Source: a bacterium (GTDB lineage Bacteria; Arandabacterota; Arandabacteria; Arandabacterales; JALGWA01). From it: a DNA stretch of 15,063 nucleotides. The stretch is taken from the NCBI GenBank assembly GCA_050125095.1, contig JASFEA010000077.1, positions 1-15,063 on the forward strand. The letters are read 5' to 3'. Below the pieces are notes generated by a model. The model searched no databases. It saw nothing but the letters and a program-made list of their open reading frames with translations, and was not told the DNA's origin. This document shows, piece by piece, positions 1 through 7,453 of the stretch; the first letter of the stretch is position 1, and every line of letters begins with the position of its first letter. Position numbers and translations under genes: made by a program.

Positions 1-18
1 GCCGTCGCAGACTGTTTT

Positions 19-33
19 TTAGGTGAAACCTAA
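19..33. promoter_or_regulatory. Palindrome TTAGGT-GAA-ACCTAA, putative repressor operator (DtxR/MntR-like half-sites)
   Basis: Perfect 6-bp inverted repeat in an AT-rich intergenic stretch about 50 bp upstream of the ATG at 82. TTAGG...CCTAA half-sites resemble DtxR-family metal-regulator boxes. It overlaps a weak -35-like GTGAAA (23-28). Confidence 0.4.
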
Positions 34-81
34 TCCCAAATCTGCTAAATATCGACAAGCACCCCGGAAGGAGAGAAAAGC

Positions 82-1677
82 ATGAGACCATACCCACTAT
101 TGATTCTGCTCGCCGTTTCAGTCTTCGCCGCAGCCCTGGCGCCCCCGGCCGCACTCGCCGATTGGCGGGCCGACCTGGACCGCGCGCTCGCCATGGAGCC
201 GGGGCCCGACCGCGACGCCCATGTCAAGAACATTGCGAGGGCCGCGCCGGGCTGGAAAGACGTCCGCCTGCATATTGAGGCGATGGAGTTTCCAGAGCCC
301 GAGGAGACCCGTGCGATTCTCGACTCGAATACGTGCATCGACGGAGTGACCCGCCCATGGGTTCTCTACGTATCGAGCAATTACGACCCGTCGAGGCCGA
401 CGCCCCTTCTTGTCAGGATTCACGGCGGAGTCGGGACGCCCGACATCGAAGGCGATCCGGTTGAATACGTATTGGAAGACCCATTCATCGCCGGGCTGGA
501 GGAAAGGGGCTGGCTGGGCGCCTACCCCATGGGTCAAGCGGGGGCCACCTGGTGGGACGACGTGGGCATGGCCAATATTGCGAGCATCGTCCGTGCGATC
601 AAGCGCACCTACAATGTCGACGACGACAGGGTTTACATGGGGGGATTCTCGGACGGGGGCTCGGGCTCATTCGCCCACGCCATGCTCGAGCCGGGCGACT
701 ACGCAGCGTTTCTGTGCCTTAACGGCGATATGGGAGTCGGCAGCCAGGACGGCGGCAAACACCTTTACGCGCCCAACATGATGAACACGCCCATATACGC
801 GACGACGACGCATGACGACGGCCTCTACCCGACGGCCAAGATGGCGCCGTCCATAAACATGTCCATCAAGGCGGGAGCGGACATTCTCTTCAAGTCCTTT
901 CCCGGCGAGCACGAATTCGAGGATATCGCGAGCGACCTTGGCTTCATGTGGGAATTTCTCGAGCGCCACCCGCGTGATCCCCTGCCGCCGAGAATAGTGT
1001 GGGAGGCGGCCGAAGCCAAGCACGGCCAGTGCAGGTGGTTTTCCATCGAGAAAATAACGACGGAGCATCCCGCCAGGTGGCACGAGGACCACAACTTAGC
1101 CATGTTGGACGACCGCATCACCTTCGGTTTCATGTCCGACTACGACTATGAAGGCGAAGGCGTTTATGTTACGCGCGTCCTTGAAGGAACGGCAGCCGAG
1201 GCAGTCGGCCTTCTCGCCGATGACATCATAGTGCTCGGGGAGGATATGCGCATAGGCAACCTGGACGACCTCTATGCCTACAAGGAGAAGCTCCACCGGG
1301 GCGGCCCCTTCGGCCTTACTGTGAGGCGGGGGGAGGAGCATGTGATCCTGAGGGGGAGTCTCCCGGAGCCGGAGAATTATCTTCTCTTCAAGCGCGAGAA
1401 ACCGTCTGCGCGGGCGGACGTCGTCCTATCGGGAAATCACATCTGGCTCCGGGCGTCCCGCCTGGGGTCCCTTCGCGTCCTCGTGCACCCGGATATGGTG
1501 AATCTCGACGAGAATATCATCATCACAGTAAACAGGAAGGTGGTCCACGAAGCGCGCGTAGAGCCGGATCTCGAGTTCATGATAGAGAATTTCCTTAAGA
1601 TGAGGGACCGCAGACTGCTCTACGTCGCGGCCATCGATGTCAGTCTGGACAAGGACAAAAAGGAGGCGGCGAAATGA
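82..1677 (+). CDS. Secreted alpha/beta-hydrolase (esterase/peptidase-like) with an inserted PDZ domain
   Basis: 531-aa ORF with SD GGAAGGAG. Sec-type signal peptide ending ALA|D; oxyanion-type IHGG motif; nucleophile motif GFSDG (Ser codon 649-651); candidate Asp (HDDGLYP) and His (GEHEF). PDZ-like segment ITFGF...GVYVTRVLEGTAAEAVGLLADDIIV...LTVRRG at about 1117-1335. Confidence 0.8.
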   Translation: MRPYPLLILLAVSVFAAALAPPAALADWRADLDRALAMEPGPDRDAHVKNIARAAPGWKDVRLHIEAMEFPEPEETRAILDSNTCIDGVTRPWVLYVSSNYDPSRPTPLLVRIHGGVGTPDIEGDPVEYVLEDPFIAGLEERGWLGAYPMGQAGATWWDDVGMANIASIVRAIKRTYNVDDDRVYMGGFSDGGSGSFAHAMLEPGDYAAFLCLNGDMGVGSQDGGKHLYAPNMMNTPIYATTTHDDGLYPTAKMAPSINMSIKAGADILFKSFPGEHEFEDIASDLGFMWEFLERHPRDPLPPRIVWEAAEAKHGQCRWFSIEKITTEHPARWHEDHNLAMLDDRITFGFMSDYDYEGEGVYVTRVLEGTAAEAVGLLADDIIVLGEDMRIGNLDDLYAYKEKLHRGGPFGLTVRRGEEHVILRGSLPEPENYLLFKREKPSARADVVLSGNHIWLRASRLGSLRVLVHPDMVNLDENIIITVNRKVVHEARVEPDLEFMIENFLKMRDRRLLYVAAIDVSLDKDKKEAAK

Positions 1678-2126
1678 AGACAAAAGCGGCGCTGGTACTG
1701 TTGACGCTTATGGTTCCCCTATCGGCGGCCTGGTCGCATTGCCAGGTACCCTGCGGCATATACGATGACGACATGAGGCTTGAGATGATCGCAGAGCATA
1801 TCAAGACCATCGAGCGGTCCATGCAGCAGATAGTCGAGCTCTCAGAGGCCGAAACCCCCAACATGAACCAGATAGTGAGATGGGTGAACAACAAGGACGC
1901 GCACGCCGACGAGCTCGCCCATATCGCCACATATTACTTCCTGGCCCAGCGAGTGAAGCCCGTCGCGGCCACAGACCAGGACTACCAGACCTATATTGAG
2001 ATGCTCAAGACGCTTCACCAGATGGTCTTCTACTCCATGAAGGCCAAGCAGTCCACCGACATGGAATACGTCGCGAAGCTGAGGGAGCTTCTTAAGGACT
2101 TCACCAAGGCCTACACGGGGAAGTAG
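1674..2126 (+). CDS. sodN: Nickel-containing superoxide dismutase precursor
   Basis: Ni-hook motif HCQVPCGIYDD (HCxxPCGxY) starts at 1737 after a 21-aa hydrophobic leader. The rest has a helical NiSOD-like pattern (NQIVRWVNNKDAHA). SD AAGGAGG; ATGA overlap with the upstream gene. Confidence 0.93.
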   Translation: MKTKAALVLLTLMVPLSAAWSHCQVPCGIYDDDMRLEMIAEHIKTIERSMQQIVELSEAETPNMNQIVRWVNNKDAHADELAHIATYYFLAQRVKPVAATDQDYQTYIEMLKTLHQMVFYSMKAKQSTDMEYVAKLRELLKDFTKAYTGK

Positions 2127-2130
2127 ATAT

Positions 2131-2163
2131 TGGACTTGAGCTGGGGACGGGCTGTAATATAGT
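2131..2163 (+). promoter_or_regulatory. Putative sigma70-type promoter for the HPP/TauE genes
   Basis: TTGAGC (2136-2141)-N16-TATAGT (2158-2163), or alternatively TGGACT (2131-2136)-N18-TAATAT (2155-2160), in an intergenic gap. Confidence 0.35.
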
Positions 2164-2204
2164 GATGCGCCTAAAAGGGACCTGCTAAGGACGGTGATGG
2201 TCCG

Positions 2205-2696
2205 ATGGGAGTTCTGGACGAAAAGTTCAAGGCAAAACCGCTCAACTATTTCATTCAGTGCGGCATAGCGGCGGCAGTAATCGGCCTGCTAATGAGTTTC
2301 GTCAACCTCATCGAGCACACGGGCGTGGTCGCCGCCCTGGGCGCGACCACGTTCATGATATTCACGATGCCACACCGCGTTTCCTGCAGGCCGCGCTACG
2401 TGGTAGGGGGATACATAGTCGGCATCGCGGTGGGCATCGCATGCAGCCAGGCCTATGACTACATGCCCGCCTGGCATACGCATGCGGGCCTGGCCATAAC
2501 CGGCGGTATCGCAGTGGGGCTGGCTGCCTTTCTCATGGTGACCACCAACTCGGAGCATCCGCCCGCGGCAGGGGTCGCGCTCGGGCTCGTGCTTCAGCCC
2601 TGGGATGTCCCGTCGCTGTTCTTCGTGCTGGGATGCGTGGTCGCGCTCTCGGCGGTGAAGGTGCTGCTCCGCCGCGTCATGATAGATCTTCTCTGA
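2205..2696 (+). CDS. HPP family integral membrane protein
   Basis: 163 aa, multiple hydrophobic helices, signature EHPPAAGVAL and PRYVVGGY segment. Confidence 0.88.
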   Translation: MGVLDEKFKAKPLNYFIQCGIAAAVIGLLMSFVNLIEHTGVVAALGATTFMIFTMPHRVSCRPRYVVGGYIVGIAVGIACSQAYDYMPAWHTHAGLAITGGIAVGLAAFLMVTTNSEHPPAAGVALGLVLQPWDVPSLFFVLGCVVALSAVKVLLRRVMIDLL

Positions 2697-2713
2697 ATTC
2701 CCCGGGACTGAGT

Positions 2714-3490
2714 ATGGACTTGCTACAGACGGCCCTGGTCGCGGCACTGGGGTTCTCGATTTCCATCATCTCCGCCTCCGTGGGCGGGACCGCGCTCATC
2801 ATAGTGCCGCTTCTCGTAACCCTCGGAATCGAGCCCAGGGTCGCGATCGCCACCAACAAGCTCGCCATTCTCTTCTTAAGTCTGGCAGCGACCTTGAGTT
2901 TCAGCCGGCGGGTCACGCTTCCGCCGGCGCGGGTCGTGGCGGCCCTCGCTCTCCCGGTGGTCTTAGGAAACCTGGCGGGCGCCATGGTGGTGGTGCGCGC
3001 TCCGGCTGGCCTGACTCGCCTTATAGTGGGCGCGGCGGCCATCGTCGTGGCCATCGTGATCTCGCTCAAGAGGAACGTGGGGCTGGAAGAGCGACTGGCC
3101 GAGTACAGCGGCCGCGAGGTGGCGGCGGCCGTTATCGTCCTTCTGCCCCTGTCGGTCTACGGCGGGTTTTTCACCGGCGGCTACGCAACGCTTCTTACCT
3201 ACACGCTCGTCCTCATGCTCGGTTACTCCTTCCTTCAGGGGGCGGCGGCTACGCGGCTCCTGAGCATATTCGGGGCGGCCGCCGCGTCAATCATCTTCGC
3301 AAAAGAGGGTGTCATAGACTATACTCTGGGTGCGTTCCTGGGCGCAGCCTATTTCGGGGGAGCCCTGATAGGGACCCGTTTGGCCGTGAGGAAGGGCAAC
3401 CGGTGGCTGAGGACGCTCTTCCTCATAGCCGTGGTGTTACTGGCGCTCAGGATCCTGGTGCTTGAGATAGCAGGCCGGCTGGCCGGCTGA
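2714..3490 (+). CDS. TauE/SafE (TSUP) family membrane transporter
   Basis: Highly hydrophobic ORF with two repeated halves: SVGGTALIIVPLL...AIATNK and YGGFFTGGYATLL...GALIGTRLAVRKG. Start placed at ATG 2714 (MDLLQ) because the longer 2633 start overlaps the HPP gene. Confidence 0.85.
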   Translation: MDLLQTALVAALGFSISIISASVGGTALIIVPLLVTLGIEPRVAIATNKLAILFLSLAATLSFSRRVTLPPARVVAALALPVVLGNLAGAMVVVRAPAGLTRLIVGAAAIVVAIVISLKRNVGLEERLAEYSGREVAAAVIVLLPLSVYGGFFTGGYATLLTYTLVLMLGYSFLQGAAATRLLSIFGAAAASIIFAKEGVIDYTLGAFLGAAYFGGALIGTRLAVRKGNRWLRTLFLIAVVLLALRILVLEIAGRLAG

Positions 3491-3512
3491 CATTCGGGAT
3501 AAGGAGGTCCTT

Positions 3513-4799
3513 ATGAAGAGGCTGATTACGGCGGCTCTTGTCGCAGCTGCACTTATCATGTCATGCGCGGGGGATGGGGACAGGTCGTCCCCGGTGACGC
3601 TCATGATAGGCGGGGCGCCTGCGGAGCTGGATTACTGGGAAAAGGTCATAGGGGACTTCACCCGGGAGACCGGCATAGCCGTGGATCTCATGCGCCAGCC
3701 CACCGACACCGACCAGAGAAGGCAGAGCCTCGTGGTGCCGCTTCGCGCGGGCGAGGAGGACCCCGACGTATTCCTGATGGACATCGTATGGATCGGCCAG
3801 TTCGCCGCCTCGGGCTGGCTGGAGCCTCTGGACGGGCGCATTGCCGGGGATGGCTTCAACCTCAACGTCTTTTTCCAGGGCATCATCGAGTTCGCCGACC
3901 GCTATGAAGGCCACGTGGTGGCCATGCCCGTCTATGTGGACGCCGGCCTTCTATATTATCGCAAGGACATATTCCAGGAGCATTTGACGGGCAAGGTGCC
4001 GGAGACCTGGCCGGAGCTGGTTGAGTACTGCCGGGTCGCCCAGCGAAGCGAGAGGAGACTTCATCCCGACTTCTGGGGCTTCGTCTGGCAGGGCGCGCAG
4101 TACGAGGGCCTTGTCTGCACCTTCATGGAGTTCGCGCTCTCAAACGGCGGGCAGCTCATCGACCGCAACGGCAACCTCACGCTCGATGACCCGAAGAATA
4201 TAGAGGCGCTCGAATTCATGCGCGACCTCATAGTAACGCACAAGGTCTCGCCTCCCAATACTTACACCGAAATGAAGGAGGAAGAAGTCCGCACCTTCTT
4301 CGAGAGCGGCCAGGCGCTTTTCGAGAGGAACTGGCCTTATGCCTGGGGGCTCCACCAGGCCGAGGGCTCGCCTGTCAAGGACAGGGTCGGTATCGCCCTG
4401 CTGCCCAGGTTCGAAGGTGGACGGCATGCCGCCACCCTGGGGGGCTGGCATATCGGCATGTCCCGGTCGAGCGACCGCAAGCAGGACGCGTGGCGGCTCA
4501 TGCAATATATAGTCTCAGAGCCGGTGCAGACGGGCTTCGCCCTGAACCTCGGCTGGAATCCCGCCAGGCAGGACGTCTACAACTCGCCCGAGATAGTCGA
4601 GAACCTGCCGCACCTTGTGGCGCTCAAACAGGTGTTCCGGACGGCGTCGCCCAGGCCCAACCTGCCGTACTACAGCCTCCTTTCGAGAGCGCTTCAGGCG
4701 GAGCTCAGCAAGGCCCTCTCGGGAATGGCCACGGCGGAGGAGGCCCTGAAGAGCGCGCAGGCCCAGGGACTCGAGATAATGGCGACTTATGAGGAGTAG
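3513..4799 (+). CDS. malE: Carbohydrate ABC transporter substrate-binding lipoprotein, trehalose/maltose-binding type
   Basis: SD AAGGAGG; lipobox LIMSC (Cys18). Motifs TDTDQRRQ, DPDVFLMD, QYEGLVC, RNWPYAW and LGGWHIG recall Thermococcus-type trehalose/maltose-binding protein. Substrate is inferred. Confidence 0.85.
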   Translation: MKRLITAALVAAALIMSCAGDGDRSSPVTLMIGGAPAELDYWEKVIGDFTRETGIAVDLMRQPTDTDQRRQSLVVPLRAGEEDPDVFLMDIVWIGQFAASGWLEPLDGRIAGDGFNLNVFFQGIIEFADRYEGHVVAMPVYVDAGLLYYRKDIFQEHLTGKVPETWPELVEYCRVAQRSERRLHPDFWGFVWQGAQYEGLVCTFMEFALSNGGQLIDRNGNLTLDDPKNIEALEFMRDLIVTHKVSPPNTYTEMKEEEVRTFFESGQALFERNWPYAWGLHQAEGSPVKDRVGIALLPRFEGGRHAATLGGWHIGMSRSSDRKQDAWRLMQYIVSEPVQTGFALNLGWNPARQDVYNSPEIVENLPHLVALKQVFRTASPRPNLPYYSLLSRALQAELSKALSGMATAEEALKSAQAQGLEIMATYEE

Positions 4800-4819
4800 A
4801 AGCGAGCGTTAGGAGATAC

Positions 4820-5704
4820 ATGGGGCTGGGAAGCAGACTGAGCGACAGGCGCACGGCCTACCTTTTCTTGCTGCCGCTTCTGGTGTTCATCTCTCTCTTC
4901 ATCGTGATACCCGTCCTGGGCACCATCTGGACCAGCCTTTTCCGGGATGTCACGTATCTTGAGACGGCCTTCACCTTATTCGGAAATTACAGGCGGCTTC
5001 TTGCAGACGCCAGCTTCTGGCAGTCGATGGAGTTCACGCTTCTATTTGTCGCCGTGTGCATACCGCTGGAGCTCTTTCTCGGAATGGTCTTTGCCCTGAT
5101 ACTTAATGAGAAGCTCCCGGCGCGCGGCGTCTTGAGGGCCGCCGTGCTGGTGCCGTGGGCAATACCCACCATAGTCGCGGCGCGGACCTGGGAGCTCATT
5201 TACAACTACTCCTACGGCCTCGCAAACTGGGCGCTGACCCTCTTCCACGTAGCCTCCGAGCCTGTCAACTGGCTGGGCACGCCTTTAAGCTCATTCGCTG
5301 CTCTCGTCATCGCCGATGTCTGGAAGACGACCCCGTTTGTCACCATCATATTGCTCGCGGGCCTGCAGACTATCCCTGAGCAGATCTACGAACAGGCGAG
5401 GGTGGACGGCACCACGTTCCACCAGAGGTTCTTCAGGATCACGCTACCTATTCTCAGGCCCGTAATCGCCGTCGCCCTCATCTTCAGGACAATCGACACC
5501 ATACGCATTTTAGACCTCATCTATGTCATCACCGGCGGCGGCCCGGGCGGCTCGACCACTTCGCTTTCGCTCTACGGCTACAAGTTTTTCAACGAGGGCG
5601 ATTTCGGTTACGGCTCGGCCATCGCCGTCGTGGTCTTCCTGATGGCCTTCGTGCTTTCCATTACCTATCTCCGCGTGGGCGGCTTCAGGGGGGCGGTGGA
5701 GTGA
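4820..5704 (+). CDS. malF: Carbohydrate ABC transporter permease (MalF/SugA-type)
   Basis: Multi-pass membrane protein with DVWKTTPFVTIILLAGLQTIP and the EAA-loop YEQARVDG. Confidence 0.88.
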   Translation: MGLGSRLSDRRTAYLFLLPLLVFISLFIVIPVLGTIWTSLFRDVTYLETAFTLFGNYRRLLADASFWQSMEFTLLFVAVCIPLELFLGMVFALILNEKLPARGVLRAAVLVPWAIPTIVAARTWELIYNYSYGLANWALTLFHVASEPVNWLGTPLSSFAALVIADVWKTTPFVTIILLAGLQTIPEQIYEQARVDGTTFHQRFFRITLPILRPVIAVALIFRTIDTIRILDLIYVITGGGPGGSTTSLSLYGYKFFNEGDFGYGSAIAVVVFLMAFVLSITYLRVGGFRGAVE

Positions 5705-6531
5705 GCGAGAAGGTCATCAAGCGCGTGCTTCTGACAGCGGGAATAGTCTTCATGCTCATCTTCTGCCTCACGCCTTTCATATATATGATCGTGGTCTCGG
5801 TGAGCGGGAACCCGAGCTTCCTCTCGGGCTCCGTGGACTTCTCGGCGACTCTTGCAAACTACCGCGATGTCATCACGGTAAAATCGCTGCGCTTCCTCAC
5901 CTATCTTAAGAACAGCATAGTAATCGGCGGCATTGTGGCCGTCACGGTGGGAGGCATCGCCGCGCTCAGCGCGTACGCCGTTTCGCGCATCGAGTTCAGG
6001 GGCAGGGTCTGGGTGCCGCTCGCGGTGCTCGCATTCTCCATGTTCCCGCAGATAAGCATCGTGGGTTACCTCTACAAGCTCATGCGCGCGGCCGGGCTCA
6101 TCAACACCTACCCGGCGCTCATACTTCCCTACATAGCCTGGACGGCGCCGCTGGCGTTCTATATCCTCTTAAGCTACATGATGCAGATCCCCCGCGACTT
6201 CGACGACGCCGCCTTCGTTGACGGCGCGGGGCGCTTCACCATATTCCGCAAGATCATCGTGCCCGTCGCCATGCCTGGCATCGTCTCGGCCATGCTGCTC
6301 GTCTTTATCGCCGCCTTCAACGAGTTCCTGTTCGCCCTCATGCTGACCTCCGACCATAAGGCCAGGACCATACCTGTGGGGATCGCCCTTTTCGAGGGCC
6401 TGCACGGGGAGGTGCCATGGGGCTACATCATGGCGGCCTCCGCCATAGCCACTTTCCCGCTCGTGGTGATGTCGCTTTATTTCCAGAAGTTCGTGATTCA
6501 GGACGTGACGCGGGGAGCTCTTAAGGGTTAG
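5701..6531 (+). CDS. malG: Carbohydrate ABC transporter permease (MalG/SugB-type)
   Basis: GTG start overlapping the previous stop (GTGA); EAA-loop FDDAAFVDGA; FNEFLFAL, TIPVGIA and C-terminal GALKG motifs. Confidence 0.88.
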   Translation: MSEKVIKRVLLTAGIVFMLIFCLTPFIYMIVVSVSGNPSFLSGSVDFSATLANYRDVITVKSLRFLTYLKNSIVIGGIVAVTVGGIAALSAYAVSRIEFRGRVWVPLAVLAFSMFPQISIVGYLYKLMRAAGLINTYPALILPYIAWTAPLAFYILLSYMMQIPRDFDDAAFVDGAGRFTIFRKIIVPVAMPGIVSAMLLVFIAAFNEFLFALMLTSDHKARTIPVGIALFEGLHGEVPWGYIMAASAIATFPLVVMSLYFQKFVIQDVTRGALKG

Positions 6532-6589
6532 ATTAAAGAGCGGAAGGAGTGGATGGAGTGGGCGTGAGCTTGCCGGAGGTGATTCCCTC

Positions 6590-7453
6590 TTGAAGTACTT
6601 CGCGTTTGTTATAGCCGGGGCCCTGGCGCGCGTCCTTCCGCTTAAGGCGCTCTACGTGCTCGCCGACCTCGCGGGGGAGATTTGGTATTTTGCGAGCCCG
6701 CGCCTCCGGGCCGTTCTGGCGCACAATCTCGCGCTCGTGCCCGGCGTCGGTTTCTCGCCGGCGAGGAGAATCGGGCCGCTCGGGAGAAGAATCTCGCGCA
6801 ACTTCGGCAGGGTAGTGGCCGAGTTCCTCTACTCGCCGCGCATTACGCCTGAGAACGTCGGCGACTTCGTCGACCTCGAGAGCTTCGAGCCCCTGCGCAG
6901 ATACAGAGAGGCGCCCGGCGCGGTATTCGCCACCGCGCACCTGGGGAGCTGGGAGTTCGCGGGTACCATACTCACAATGCTGGGCATCAAGCTTACGGTG
7001 ATCGTCTACGATGATCCCGACCCCCGCGTCGCCGCGCTCTTCCGCGAGAGGAGGGAGGCGAGGGGCATGACCGTGATCCCGGTGAAGGCGACGGCGCGGG
7101 AGCTTATCGCGGCTGTAAAGGAGGGCTCGCTCGCGGTCGTCGCCGACCGCGATTTCAGCGGGCGCGGCATGGAGACGGAGTATTTCGGAAAGCGCGCCCG
7201 CATGCCTTTCGCATACGCGGGCCTCGCGGCGGCACGCGGCATGCCCGTCGTCTTCGGGGTGTGCGTCAAGGGGAAGGACGGCAAGTACCGCCTGGTCACC
7301 GGCGAGCCGCTTCTCGGGCGCAAGGACGACACTGAAGGGGCCCGGAGAGTCGCCGAAGAGTGCATACGCAAGATAGAGAAATGTGTGGAGAAATACCCGG
7401 AGCAGTGGTATCTTTTCGAGAAAATCGGCGGTGGATTCAATCCTTATGAATGA
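6590..7453 (+). CDS. Lipid A-biosynthesis/lysophospholipid acyltransferase family protein (LpxL/HtrB/PatA-like)
   Basis: TTG start with SD GGAGGTGA; N-terminal membrane anchor; catalytic HxxxxE motif TAHLGSWE; ADRD motif; C-terminal YPEQW. Confidence 0.85.
   Translation: MKYFAFVIAGALARVLPLKALYVLADLAGEIWYFASPRLRAVLAHNLALVPGVGFSPARRIGPLGRRISRNFGRVVAEFLYSPRITPENVGDFVDLESFEPLRRYREAPGAVFATAHLGSWEFAGTILTMLGIKLTVIVYDDPDPRVAALFRERREARGMTVIPVKATARELIAAVKEGSLAVVADRDFSGRGMETEYFGKRARMPFAYAGLAAARGMPVVFGVCVKGKDGKYRLVTGEPLLGRKDDTEGARRVAEECIRKIEKCVEKYPEQWYLFEKIGGGFNPYE

Noticed and set aside
2188..2220. GGTGATGG sequence reminiscent of a fluoride (crcB) riboswitch start, upstream of transporter genes
   Set aside because: The complementary stem and downstream conserved elements are missing. 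GGTGAT is explained as the SD of the HPP gene.
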